NCBI GenBank assembly: GCA_038064435.1
Contig: JBBTTC010000017.1
Location: forward strand, 1-58,020
Origin: Patescibacteria group bacterium
GTDB taxonomy: Bacteria; Patescibacteriota; Minisyncoccia; Phycocordibacterales; JACOZG01
Length of the DNA stretch: 58,020 nt
Reading direction: 5' to 3'
Positions 36,206-45,980 of this stretch are shown here, piece by piece (within the stretch, counting starts at the first letter, position 1; each line of letters opens with the position of its first letter). The notes below the pieces were generated by a model. The model did not search any database. It was given only the letters and a program-made list of their open reading frames with translations, and had not been told where the DNA came from. The position numbers were made by a program, and so were the translations under genes.

Positions 36206-36357
36206 ATTTCTGAATCATTATTTTTTGCCGCCAAAGAAAAACTTGAAATTGTTAGCGGTGCGGCTTCGTCGCCTTTCCGAATTTTCGTGGCGTAAATTCC
36301 TCGCCGTCGCAGGCGGCGAAATACGCTCGGACTAATTCAAGAATACTGCACCGTTGA

Positions 36358-36840
36358 TTAACCCGATTTGATTTTGAGTTTCTGGATGCGGTCTTTGTCG
36401 AGCTTGGGCAGACGAATGGTGAGGAGGCCGTGTTTCTCGGTGGCTTCGGCTTCCTCGGCTTCGACTTCGGACGGCAGGAGAATTGTTTTGGTAAAAGAAC
36501 CCCAATACAGTTCGCGTTGGAAGTAATCTTGTTCGTTGGCGCCCGAGAGATCTTCGCGCTGGCCGCGGATCGTCACCATTTCGCGAGTGATGTTGACGCT
36601 TAAATCTTCCGGCCGCACTCCAGCCACCATGGTTTTAATGATGATGTCGGTCGGAGTTTGGTAAACGTCGACGGCTAGTTCTCCTTCCTCGGCGCTTTCT
36701 TTCAGCCAGTCGCCATTGTGCTCCTGAGTTTCTGTTTCCGTTGTGGCTGACGGATCGGCCGTGGCGGGTTCATTGTAGTCGCGGTTGAGAGCCACGCTAC
36801 CCGTTAATCTTTCAAAAAATGATCGTTTGCGTTTAAACAT
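36358..36840 (-). CDS. Small heat-shock protein (Hsp20/alpha-crystallin)
   Basis: ELAVDVYQT, AGVRPEDL, ELYWGSF..TI.LP, GLLTIRLPK motifs. Confidence 0.92.
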   Translation of the reverse strand: MFKRKRSFFERLTGSVALNRDYNEPATADPSATTETETQEHNGDWLKESAEEGELAVDVYQTPTDIIIKTMVAGVRPEDLSVNITREMVTIRGQREDLSGANEQDYFQRELYWGSFTKTILLPSEVEAEEAEATEKHGLLTIRLPKLDKDRIQKLKIKSG

Positions 36841-36846
36841 CACAAC

Positions 36847-37650
36847 TTAGTCTTGTCCCACTAGCCGCGGTGAACAAAAAACTTGTTTAACTTTCTCAAA
36901 GAATAATATTGAGAATAGTGCTAAGAGCCAAAGTAGGGCAAATATTCTCATCAATTCACCCAGATCAACACCACCAGTGGCCGGGTTTTCTTGCAAGCCC
37001 ATTATAAGTAAATTAAAAATAGTGTGCAAGAGCGTGGCTGTGATTAACCCATAAAGCCAAAAAAGAATTTTTTGCCAGCGTGGCCGGCAAAAGGCTAGGG
37101 CGATTAGGCCGCCCACCACCGCTGACGACACCACGTGCAATAGAGTGGAGCCCAGAAAGCGTAAGTTCCCGGTCAACCATAAATCTGGGCCGTTTAAATC
37201 TAGCAAATAAAAAGCGTTCTCGAAGGCCGCAAAACCGAGAGCGGCGGTGATCAAGTAGATCATGGCATCGATTGGTTCATCAAAGTCGGCGGTGCGGAGA
37301 GCGATGACGTAGGCGGTGAGAAGTTTAACTATTTCCTCAATGGCGGCCCAGATTAACCAAAGGAATTTGTAGGACCAAGCGGCACCAACTAGTCCAAACC
37401 AGCGTAGCATTGGTGTTACCAGCGGCGAGATTTCTTGTTCTAATTCTCTGGCCACTAGCACAGCTAAACCACTAGCCAGTAGGATGCCAGCAATGAGCAG
37501 TCGTGGTTCGGGCCGTCGACGATCCTCGCGCAACCAAAACCAGAGCCAAAGCATGGCCGGCGCGATGCCGGCCAGCAGGGCGTAAGGATTGCCAAGCAGA
37601 TTGCTAACCAAACCAACCGAGGCCTGCCAAAAGTTTAACTCATGGGCCAT
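36847..37650 (-). CDS. prsW: PrsW family intramembrane metalloprotease
   Basis: IEEIVK, FDEPID, LGFAAFEN, LLH motifs. Confidence 0.85.
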   Translation of the reverse strand: MAHELNFWQASVGLVSNLLGNPYALLAGIAPAMLWLWFWLREDRRRPEPRLLIAGILLASGLAVLVARELEQEISPLVTPMLRWFGLVGAAWSYKFLWLIWAAIEEIVKLLTAYVIALRTADFDEPIDAMIYLITAALGFAAFENAFYLLDLNGPDLWLTGNLRFLGSTLLHVVSSAVVGGLIALAFCRPRWQKILFWLYGLITATLLHTIFNLLIMGLQENPATGGVDLGELMRIFALLWLLALFSILFFEKVKQVFCSPRLVGQD

Positions 37651-39764
37651 GGTTCAAACATGATTAACGGCTGGTCTGGTTTCCATATTTGCCAAATGGT
37701 ATGAGTAATATGGGGGGCGAATGGTTGAAGCATGATTAGTAATCGACCCAGCGTGATGGCCAAAAGTTGGCGGCCCGAATCTTGATCAGTGGAGCTGGTT
37801 TGGCCGTGTAGTCGTTCTTTTACTGACTCAATAATTTTATCAGCAAACACATGCCAAAAATAGTGGTATAGTTTTTCGGCCGCCAGATAGAAACGGTATT
37901 GCTCGAGATCGCCAGTGACGTCACGCGTTAAGGCCTCGAACTCGTTCAGGGTGTTTTGATCGGCGGCGGTTAGGGGCGTGGTTTGGTTGTTGTTGGCGTG
38001 CTCGATCACAAATCGACTGGCATTCCAGACTTTATTGATGAAGCGCTTGTAGCCATTGATTTTCTCTTCCGAAATTTTGCTATCGCTACCGGCGGCCGTG
38101 CCGATTATTAAGGCTAGTCGCAGAGCATCAGCGCCATATTTATTGATCATGTCTAGGGGATCAATGATGTTGCCGAGCGACTTGGACATTTTTTTGCCGC
38201 CTTCGTCGCGCACAATGCCGTGTAAATAAACTTGTCGGAAAGGAATCTCGCCCCGCAGGGCTTGAGACATTAGGATCATGCGCGCCACCCAAAAAAATAG
38301 AATATCGTAGCCGGTCTCCATGACGGTTAGGGGGTGGTAGCGCTTTAGTTCCTGTGTGTCGCTCGGCCAGCCGAGGGTAGAGAACGACCATAACCCGGAG
38401 GAAAACCAGGTATCGAGGGTGTCGGGGTCTTGTTCCCAGCCCGGGTCGATTGGTGCTTCAATTCCACAATAAATTTCGTCGCCACGATACCATACTGGCA
38501 AGCGGTGGCCATACCAGATCTGCCGACTAATGCACCAGTCACGCAAATTGTCGATCCAGTGGAAATAAATTTTGCTAAAACGGTCGGGGGTAATTTTAAT
38601 TTGCCCGGATTCGACCGGTTGCCGCATTAACTCTTTGAGCGTTTGGCCGCCGCGGCGTGCTAGCGGCTTGTTAACAGCTAAGAACCATTGTTTGAGCACC
38701 TGTGGCTCGAGCACCTCGCCGCCGCGACTATTAGTTGGTATGCGATGATGATAGCGGGGATCAACTTTTTCGACTAACCCCTTGGCTTCTAGGGTGGCCA
38801 CAATTTGCGGCCGGGCTTTTTTAATGTGTGCGCCGGCGAAAGGTCCGGCCAGCGGCAACAGTTTGCCGTCGAGATCAATCACTGGTTCGTGGTCGAGCTG
38901 ATGGCGGGTGGCAATATCGAAGTCGGCTTGATCGTGGGCCGGTGTGATGGTCATTGCACCGGTGCCAAAGGCCATGTCGATTGATGGATCTTTGATGATC
39001 GTGGCGGTGATTGGTCCGCTAATCCATTCAACAGTTAGTTTTTGCCCGTGCTCATATTGCTGGTAACGGGCATCGTCGGGATGCATCACAACATATTTGT
39101 CGCCAAACTTAGTTTCTGGTCGCGCTGTACCGATGACGAATGGGCCATATTTGAGATAATAAAAATTTTCCTCCCGTTCCACCCATTCCACTTCATCATC
39201 GGAGACGGTGGTTTGCAGACGAGGATCCCAGTTTACTAGGCGATGACCGCGATAAATTAAACCGTCGTCGTAGAGTTGTTTGAAGGCGGTGCGCACGGCG
39301 CGCTCGCGCGTGGCGTCGAGCGTGTAGGCCTCGCGTGGCCAATCGAGTGAAGCACCAAGGCGTTTGATTTGCTCGACGATCGTGTCGTGACTAGATTGAG
39401 CATAGGTCTCGACCTGGGCCAAAAATTTGTCGCGCCCGAGATCGTGACGCGTTTGGCCGGTTTCTTTGTGTAGTAAACTTTCCACCTTAGCTTGAGTGGC
39501 CAGCGCGGCATGGTCGGTGCCGGGTACCCAGAGCACGTCGCGGCCGCTGGCGCGCGCGTAACGAGCAATAATGTCTTCAATCGTCACCATGGCGGCGTGG
39601 CCGAGATGGAGAATGCCGGTAACATTGGGTGGCGGCAAGACCATTGAGAAGGGGGGAAGAGGAGAGCTGGGATTGGCGGCAAAGGCGCCGCTTTGTAACC
39701 ACAAACCCTGCGCCGCGGCCTCGCTGGTGGGCGGGTCGTAGGGCTTGAGCAGTCGTTCATCCAT
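37635..39764 (-). CDS. valS: Valine--tRNA ligase (compact; no C-terminal coiled-coil arm)
   Basis: PPPNVTG.LHLGH, DWCISRQIWYGH, KMSKS motifs. Confidence 0.95.
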   Translation of the reverse strand: MDERLLKPYDPPTSEAAAQGLWLQSGAFAANPSSPLPPFSMVLPPPNVTGILHLGHAAMVTIEDIIARYARASGRDVLWVPGTDHAALATQAKVESLLHKETGQTRHDLGRDKFLAQVETYAQSSHDTIVEQIKRLGASLDWPREAYTLDATRERAVRTAFKQLYDDGLIYRGHRLVNWDPRLQTTVSDDEVEWVEREENFYYLKYGPFVIGTARPETKFGDKYVVMHPDDARYQQYEHGQKLTVEWISGPITATIIKDPSIDMAFGTGAMTITPAHDQADFDIATRHQLDHEPVIDLDGKLLPLAGPFAGAHIKKARPQIVATLEAKGLVEKVDPRYHHRIPTNSRGGEVLEPQVLKQWFLAVNKPLARRGGQTLKELMRQPVESGQIKITPDRFSKIYFHWIDNLRDWCISRQIWYGHRLPVWYRGDEIYCGIEAPIDPGWEQDPDTLDTWFSSGLWSFSTLGWPSDTQELKRYHPLTVMETGYDILFFWVARMILMSQALRGEIPFRQVYLHGIVRDEGGKKMSKSLGNIIDPLDMINKYGADALRLALIIGTAAGSDSKISEEKINGYKRFINKVWNASRFVIEHANNNQTTPLTAADQNTLNEFEALTRDVTGDLEQYRFYLAAEKLYHYFWHVFADKIIESVKERLHGQTSSTDQDSGRQLLAITLGRLLIMLQPFAPHITHTIWQIWKPDQPLIMFEPWPMS

Positions 39765-39788
39765 AGCAGGATGATAACAAAATTTGGC

Positions 39789-40820
39789 TTATTTTAAAAC
39801 TAAATTGCCGTCGGCGCGGAGGCGACTAACGGCCGGCAAAGGTAAATCGGCACGGAGATAACCGGCCAGAGCGATCATCACGGCGTTGTCGCCAGTCAGC
39901 TCGGGCGGCGGCAGCAAAATCTCGGGAAAAGTTTGGCGTGCCCGCCGGCGCAGCTCTTCATTGGCTGAAACGCCGCCGGTGACGATGATTGATTGGGGGC
40001 GGTACTTTTTTGCCGCGTTCTCAAGTTTGGCTAACAAAACATCAATGGCTGAAGTTTGGAATTCATTGGCAATGGCCGCTTTGACCGTTGACGTGAGTTT
40101 GTTGCCATTTTTTAAATCTCGCAGCTGATACAGAACCGCCGTTTTTAAACCGGAGAACGAAAAATCAAAATCCTTGGAGTGCAGCATGGGCCGCGGCAGA
40201 GGAGTCGGTGCAGAACCAGTTGTTTTTTTGGCCAATTTGGCTAGAGCTGGTCCGCCCGGGTAGGGCAGGTCGAGTAGACGCGCCACTTTGTCAAAGGCCT
40301 CGCCCACGGCATCATCGCGCGTGCGGCCAATAATTTTATACTTCAACCAGTCGCGTACAAGCACGAGCTCGGTGTGGCCACCCGAGACGATCAGGGCTAA
40401 GGCCGGGAAGCGAAGTTTTTGTTTTTGATCGACCAGTACGGAATAGATGTGTCCCTCTAGATGATTGACGGGGATGAGTGGTTTGCCCCAAGCCAAGGCG
40501 AGTGCTTTGGCAAAATTGAGGCCGGCCCAGAGGGCCGGCTCGAGCCCCGGGCCGCGCGTGACAGCCACGGCGTTAATGGCCGAATAGGGAGGTAAAAGGT
40601 TGGCTTGTTTTAGTGTAGCCGCGAGCACGGGGGGCAAATTTTTTTCATGCTCGCGTTTGGCGAGATTGGGTACCACGCCGCCCCAGGCGGCGTGCAAGGC
40701 GGCTTGGGAAGAAATGATTTGTGCTAACACCTTAAACTTCGGCGCCCGTTGACCACCACGTCCCCGTACTACAGCTATCGCCGTTTCGTCACAACTTGTC
40801 TCGATGGCCAAAATTTTCAT
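39789..40820 (-). CDS. tsaD: tRNA threonylcarbamoyladenosine transferase TsaD
   Basis: LAIETSCDET, HLEGH, SGGHT, DDAVGEAFDK, DNAVMIA motifs. Confidence 0.95.
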   Translation of the reverse strand: MKILAIETSCDETAIAVVRGRGGQRAPKFKVLAQIISSQAALHAAWGGVVPNLAKREHEKNLPPVLAATLKQANLLPPYSAINAVAVTRGPGLEPALWAGLNFAKALALAWGKPLIPVNHLEGHIYSVLVDQKQKLRFPALALIVSGGHTELVLVRDWLKYKIIGRTRDDAVGEAFDKVARLLDLPYPGGPALAKLAKKTTGSAPTPLPRPMLHSKDFDFSFSGLKTAVLYQLRDLKNGNKLTSTVKAAIANEFQTSAIDVLLAKLENAAKKYRPQSIIVTGGVSANEELRRRARQTFPEILLPPPELTGDNAVMIALAGYLRADLPLPAVSRLRADGNLVLK

Positions 40821-40917
40821 GTTCTACCCTAAACTATCATGCTCGGTCAGCAAAAACAAAAGCCCCCGATCCGCCACGGCGGACGAGGGCTATCAAAAAA
40901 TGGCCAACGAGCAATGG

Positions 40918-41121
40918 TTACTCTGATGTTAGTGATTGGAACAATAAAGCGCAGGCCGGGCAATTGGCCATGTGGCTGGCAAACTCGCCAAGCTCATCGT
41001 CGGTCAACTGTTCACCGCTCATCTTTTGGAATAACTTTAATGTTCGCTCACAACTGGGTGATGGCCCGCTGTTCTCACTTCCTACCGGCCGAACCGGCAC
41101 TTCTACACATGTTGTGATCAC
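40918..41121 (-). CDS. Small protein with ZAS/zf-HC2-like motif
   Basis: 67 aa; SHMANCPAC (HxxxCxxC); AGGAG 7 nt before the GTG. Confidence 0.5.
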   Translation of the reverse strand: MITTCVEVPVRPVGSENSGPSPSCERTLKLFQKMSGEQLTDDELGEFASHMANCPACALLFQSLTSE

Positions 41122-41218
41122 GGCTCATCTCCTGAAAATGTGTTTTTGTACCAAACTAACCTTCTTGCCACGATACAGTATTTTTTTACTGCCTGCAAGT
41201 AGTTGGTCGTTTTACCGG

Positions 41219-41291
41219 TGGGCGGTAGAGGGCTCGAACCTCTGACCTTATCGACGTCAACGATATGCTCTACCAACTGAGCTAACCGCCC
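41219..41291 (-). tRNA. tRNA-Val(GAC)
   Basis: GGGCGGTTAGCTCAGTTGGTAGAGC; anticodon loop TTGACGT. Confidence 0.94.
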
Positions 41292-41311
41292 AATATTTTT
41301 TTGATGATCGG

Positions 41312-41398
41312 CGGAGGGTACAGGATTCGAACCTGTGAGGGGATTACTCCCCAACCGCATTTCGAGTGCGGCGCGTTAGACCTCTCTGCCAACCCTCC
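41312..41398 (-). tRNA. tRNA-Ser(CGA)
   Basis: Long variable arm; anticodon loop CTCGAAA; GGTTCGAATCC. Confidence 0.93.
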
Positions 41399-41458
41399 GT
41401 CGGCCAGTTTAACATTTTTGGCTAAAATGGCAAAAGATGTTACGATATTTTGGTTTGC

Positions 41459-41530
41459 GGCCCTATCGTCTAACGGTTAGGACATCGGCTTTTCAAGCCG
41501 GTAATCCGGGTTCGATTCCCGGTGGGGTCA
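41459..41530 (+). tRNA. tRNA-Glu(TTC)
   Basis: GGCCCTATCGTCTAACGGTTAGGAC; anticodon loop TTTTCAA. Confidence 0.93.
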
Positions 41531-41536
41531 AAATAA

Positions 41537-41562
41537 AAAAGATCGGCCGCGGCCGATCTTTT
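41537..41562. terminator. Perfect 26-bp palindrome, probable bidirectional terminator
   Basis: AAAAGATCGGCCGCGGCCGATCTTTT between convergent tRNA-Glu and ORF 41586. Confidence 0.65.
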
Positions 41563-41585
41563 GTGGGGTGGGGGATCGATCATGA

Positions 41586-41930
41586 TCAGAGTTTGCAGGT
41601 TAATTGTTCGAGCTCCTTTTCCACCTGCTTTTCAGTCATACGATGTATCCGGTGATACTCGTCGATCTCGTCTTGGTGGTACGGACTATAGCCCGCTTCG
41701 GCCAACGCTAGTTCGTATGGCGTTAGGCCGGCAATAATCATTGCTGAGCCACGATCCATATTCCAATCACAGACTAAGTCGTAGTACAAATCCAGGCAAT
41801 TGATCTGCTCCCCATTTTCTAGTCGCCGGCTGAGCTCTTCTTCAACTTCCCATAAACCTGTTTTGTCCAGCAGGTCGAGGTGCTTCAGTCCGGCCAGGTG
41901 AGCTTTCCAAAAATCCCTTTCCTGAATCAT
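41586..41930 (-). CDS. Acidic hypothetical protein
   Basis: 114-aa ORF; purine-rich RBS-like GAAAGGGAAAACC before the ATG. Confidence 0.6.
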   Translation of the reverse strand: MIQERDFWKAHLAGLKHLDLLDKTGLWEVEEELSRRLENGEQINCLDLYYDLVCDWNMDRGSAMIIAGLTPYELALAEAGYSPYHQDEIDEYHRIHRMTEKQVEKELEQLTCKL

Positions 41931-42049
41931 GGTTTTCCCTTTCGGTAACGCTATTCCAAGTGGCTGACTACACATCAGCTCCCAGAATCGCCTTATTTTT
42001 CAATGTCCTAGCGGCTTAATCTTCTTTTCTTATTTTACCACCGCCATCA

Positions 42050-42979
42050 TTAATTTGTCAAGTGCAAAAAAAGGTAAATGTCTTCGAGCGCTTTAATGGC
42101 GTCACCAACGGCAATATTATTTTGGTGATACAAACCATCAGCACAGTCGCCGGCGGCCCAAATGCCAACGTGAGAAGTTTTTTGAGTTTTAGTATCAACT
42201 ACAATGGCACCATACTGATTTACGTCTACGAGATCTTTTACCATCTCGGTGCTCGGCACCAAACCAATTTCCACAAAGATCCCGCCGGTGGCAATCTCTT
42301 TCACTTCTCCAGTCACCACATTTTTGTAGACTAAAGATGTGACAAATTTATCACCCTTAATTTCTTGTGTCTCGGCATTAGTGATGGCTTTAAATTTAGG
42401 ATGAGCCAGCACGCGTTCCACCGTTAGTTCGTCGGCTCGGTAAGTTTCACTCCGATGGATGAGGGTCACTGACTGGGCGTAAGCCAATAGTTGCAGAGCA
42501 GTTTCAAAAGCGGCATTACCACCACCGATCACGATCACATCCTTGCCAGCAAAAAGCGGGCCGTCGCAAGTGGCGCAGTAGGTAATGCCTTTTTGTTCAA
42601 ATTCTGTTGCGCCGGGCACGGTGAGCTTGCGGCGGTGGGCGCCGGTGGCGATGAGTACGGTGCGGGCCTCAATTTCCTGCTGATCGTCGGTACGGATTTT
42701 AAAATTTGCGCCACTCGGTGTGACGGTTTCGGCTTTAACGCCCTCTTTGATCACAAAGTCGGCACTTCGGTATGATTCCAGATGATCCTTGAGGTCAGCA
42801 GCCAATTTTTCGCCGCTAATGGACTTGGTGCCGATCCAGTTTTGAATATCGCTCGAGACAATCGATTGGCCGCCAAAGTCGAAAGCGACGGTAGTGGTTT
42901 TAATTTTTTTTCGAGCGGCATAAACGCCGGCGGCTACCGCCGCCGGTCCGCCGCCGATAATTATTAAATCGTAGAACAT
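42050..42979 (-). CDS. trxB: Thioredoxin reductase / AhpF-like FAD disulfide oxidoreductase
   Basis: IIGGGPA, YCATCDG, VIGGGN, AAGDC motifs. Confidence 0.88.
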   Translation of the reverse strand: MFYDLIIIGGGPAAVAAGVYAARKKIKTTTVAFDFGGQSIVSSDIQNWIGTKSISGEKLAADLKDHLESYRSADFVIKEGVKAETVTPSGANFKIRTDDQQEIEARTVLIATGAHRRKLTVPGATEFEQKGITYCATCDGPLFAGKDVIVIGGGNAAFETALQLLAYAQSVTLIHRSETYRADELTVERVLAHPKFKAITNAETQEIKGDKFVTSLVYKNVVTGEVKEIATGGIFVEIGLVPSTEMVKDLVDVNQYGAIVVDTKTQKTSHVGIWAAGDCADGLYHQNNIAVGDAIKALEDIYLFLHLTN

Positions 42980-43000
42980 GGCGGTTTAAGTATAGCTTAA

Positions 43001-44170
43001 TTATTTAATTTTGGGACGGCGCAAAAAGGCGGGGATTGATGACCACTCATCGTCTTCTTCTTCAGCGGGAGTTTTAACCGTTCGAACGGGCTCGGGTTTT
43101 TTAACTTTAAAATCAGCTGTCAAGTCGAGAGGTGGGGCTTCAGCGTGACCATTTGATGACGGCGAGGCTGGGGCCTTGGAATCAAAGTTGCCGAGTGGCG
43201 GCTTCTTTTTAGAATTTTCTGGAAAGCCGGAAGCCATAACGGTAACGCGAATTTCGTTTTTATTAAGCTTGTTGTCGTGGATGGCGCCGAAGATAATTTT
43301 GGCATTGGGATCCACTGATTCAATAATCACTTTAGCGGCTTCTTGAATTTCAAACATCGTCATGTCGTTACCGCCGGCGATGGCAAAGAGCACGCCCTTG
43401 GCCCCGTCGATCGAGAGATCAAGCAGGGGCGAATTGATCGCCGCCTTAGCCGCCTCAATCGCTCGATTATCACCGGCCGCGGCGCCAATGCCCATCAAGG
43501 CCGAACCGGCGTTGGCCATAATGGCGCGAATGTCGGCAAAGTCCACATTGATGATACCTGGCGTGGTAATTAAATTAGATAGTCCTTCTACGGCTTGGCG
43601 CAAAACCTCGTCGCAAGTGGCGAAAGCCGAAAGGCAGGTGGTGGTTTTATCAATAATGCCGAGTAAGCGATCGTTGGGAATAACGATGATGGCGTCAACC
43701 TCGGCCCGCAATTCTTCGATACCCTTATCGGCCAAGAGCATACGCTGGTTGCCTTCAAAGAAAAAAGGTTTGGTGACGATGGCGATAGTGAGCACGCCTT
43801 GATCTTTGGCTGTCTTGGCCACAAACGGCGCCGCGCCGGTGCAAGTGCCGCCGCCCATGCCGCCGGCAATAAAGATCATGTCAGCCCCTTTAATTATTTC
43901 CTGAATTTCCTGACCACTTTCTTCAGCCGCTTTGCGGCCAATTTCTGGATTCATGCCGGTACCTAGGCCGCGCGTTAGCGTTTTGCCAATATGAATTCTT
44001 TTTTTGATCGGCGAGTGATGCAAATGTTGAGCGTCAGTATTGATGCCGATGAAGTCTACGCCCTTCACGCCCGAGCGAACCATGTGATTAACGGCGTTCA
44101 CGCCCGAGCCGCCTACACCAATCACTTTGATGCGGGCGAAGGTCTCAATTTCCGGATTGATCTTGGGCAT
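43001..44170 (-). CDS. ftsZ: Cell division GTPase FtsZ
   Basis: GVGGSG, GMGGGTCTG, NVDFAD motifs; C-terminal IPAFLR. Confidence 0.97.
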   Translation of the reverse strand: MPKINPEIETFARIKVIGVGGSGVNAVNHMVRSGVKGVDFIGINTDAQHLHHSPIKKRIHIGKTLTRGLGTGMNPEIGRKAAEESGQEIQEIIKGADMIFIAGGMGGGTCTGAAPFVAKTAKDQGVLTIAIVTKPFFFEGNQRMLLADKGIEELRAEVDAIIVIPNDRLLGIIDKTTTCLSAFATCDEVLRQAVEGLSNLITTPGIINVDFADIRAIMANAGSALMGIGAAAGDNRAIEAAKAAINSPLLDLSIDGAKGVLFAIAGGNDMTMFEIQEAAKVIIESVDPNAKIIFGAIHDNKLNKNEIRVTVMASGFPENSKKKPPLGNFDSKAPASPSSNGHAEAPPLDLTADFKVKKPEPVRTVKTPAEEEDDEWSSIPAFLRRPKIK

Positions 44171-44224
44171 GGCGTAAGATTAGCAGTTAAAAATTTAAAA
44201 GGCAAACCACGCCGCCAGCCTTAT

Positions 44225-45385
44225 TTATGGCCACAATTCTCGCAACCAGCGAAAAAATTTATGTTTGCCGCGACTGATCAATTTTAGTCCGTAGGACTCC
44301 TCTGGATCAAGGTTGTAACCGAACATCGTGAGACCGTAGGCCACTAGCCAAGCTGAGTCTTTGGGCGGTCGGGTAGTGGCGGTGGCCTCGGTGGTGAGAA
44401 TGCGGGCTGGCAGGCGCAAATTGGCTCTGGCCAATTTATCAATCCCTTCAATTTGTCCACCACCACCGGTTAATACAATACCAGCCGGCAACAGACCCGC
44501 CCGCCCCATTTTTTTTAAGTGATTATCGATTAACTCAAACATGTCTGACAAACGTGCTTCAACAATTTCTTCTAATTTCTTTTTTAGCACCAGCCCGCCG
44601 TCTTGGCCAAGTTTAATTTTTTCCGCTTCCTCGATCGGCACACGTAAGCCGAGGGCGATATCGTTGGTGATGTCGGTGGAACCGATGGGGAAAACTTGCA
44701 AGCTAAGCGGTAGACCTTCTTCAAACACGATGATCGAGGTGGTTTGGGCGCCGATATTGGTTAAAACTACTCCGGCTGCTTTCTGTGCCGGTGTGAGAGC
44801 CACTAAACTGGCGGCCAATGGCGCGGCGACGATATCATCAACCACTAAGCCGGCCGCCTCAGCGGCGCGAATTAGATTATTGAGATGTTGAATCAAGCAG
44901 GTGATGAACAGAGTTTTGACCTCCAATTTGTTACCCTTGAGGCCTTCCGGCCGGCCAATAATCTTTTGTCCATCGAGTTTGTAAAACAGGGGAATGGTAT
45001 GAAGGATTTTTTTGTTGGCTAGATCGGTGAGATTGGCTTCACTGGCTTCGATGACGCGGGCAACGTCGTGGTCGGTGATCTCGGAATCGGCTCGTGAGAC
45101 AATCACTTGACCGTCACTCAGGCGAGAAGACAGTGGCGCGCCACCCACGGCCAAAAAAACATTGCGTAGACGTTGTTTGACGGTGCGTTCGGCCTCGGCT
45201 ACCGCTTCGCGAATGCTCTCGGTTGTTTCATCGATGTTGACAACATAACCGCGGCGCAGGCCGCGGGATTCTTTTTTGATCAAAGCCAAAACGCGCGGGG
45301 TTTTATTTCCCGCGTCTAGTTCGCAGACCGCGATCCGCACGGCCGCGGTGCCGATGTCGAGGCCGGTGACGATGTGTTTGCTCAT
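44225..45385 (-). CDS. ftsA: Cell division protein FtsA
   Basis: [25 protein letters not shown] motifs; amphipathic C-terminus FFRWLRELWP. Confidence 0.92.
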   Translation of the reverse strand: MSKHIVTGLDIGTAAVRIAVCELDAGNKTPRVLALIKKESRGLRRGYVVNIDETTESIREAVAEAERTVKQRLRNVFLAVGGAPLSSRLSDGQVIVSRADSEITDHDVARVIEASEANLTDLANKKILHTIPLFYKLDGQKIIGRPEGLKGNKLEVKTLFITCLIQHLNNLIRAAEAAGLVVDDIVAAPLAASLVALTPAQKAAGVVLTNIGAQTTSIIVFEEGLPLSLQVFPIGSTDITNDIALGLRVPIEEAEKIKLGQDGGLVLKKKLEEIVEARLSDMFELIDNHLKKMGRAGLLPAGIVLTGGGGQIEGIDKLARANLRLPARILTTEATATTRPPKDSAWLVAYGLTMFGYNLDPEESYGLKLISRGKHKFFRWLRELWP

Positions 45386-45725
45386 GGTGGTCGAAGAAAG
45401 CGTCGAGACGTTTTTCCTCGGCCTCCATTTTACTACCGTGGACAAAACCTTTCAAATGAAGTAAACCGTGGATAAACAAATAACGGCAGTAATCAGTGAA
45501 TTTTTTTCCGTTAGCTACGGCTTCGGCACGGATAAGTGGCAAACACAAGAGAATTTCACCAACATCGGGCGCGAGAGGGAAACTTAAGATATTGGTCGCC
45601 TTATCGCGTCCTCGATATTGCTTGTTGAGACGTTGCGCTTCCGGCCGATCAATGGTGGCTAAACTTAAATCGTATTTGGCACCCAGCACATGGCGAGCGA
45701 TGGTGGCAAAGTTGCGCCGCGGCAT
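45303..45725 (-). CDS. ybeY: rRNA maturation endoribonuclease YbeY
   Basis: LNKQYRGRDKATNILSF, GEILLC, HGLLHLKGFVH motifs. Confidence 0.9.
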   Translation of the reverse strand: MPRRNFATIARHVLGAKYDLSLATIDRPEAQRLNKQYRGRDKATNILSFPLAPDVGEILLCLPLIRAEAVANGKKFTDYCRYLFIHGLLHLKGFVHGSKMEAEEKRLDAFFDHHEQTHRHRPRHRHRGRADRGLRTRRGK

Positions 45726-45943
45726 TAGATCTTACCGAGTTTTTTGAGTCGAGCGTAGTGCTCACGTCGAGCCAGCATTTTAAGAGCCGATTGCTTTTTT
45801 TTGTATTCGGATTGAGCGCGCACGCGAAAACGGCCCGCTTTAACTTTTTTAATCAGACCAGAAATTTGCACCCGTTTGCTAAAGCGGCGCATCAGGCTTG
45901 AATTGGATTCGTTGGGTAATCGCTTGACCTCAATCGTTATCAT
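45725..45943 (-). CDS. rpsU: 30S ribosomal protein S21-like
   Basis: 72 aa, basic; IEVKRLPNES..SLMRRFSKRV pattern. Confidence 0.7.
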   Translation of the reverse strand: MITIEVKRLPNESNSSLMRRFSKRVQISGLIKKVKAGRFRVRAQSEYKKKQSALKMLARREHYARLKKLGKI

Positions 45944-45980
45944 GCTTAGAAGCTAACACAAAAGTTCGGCGCGAGCAAGA

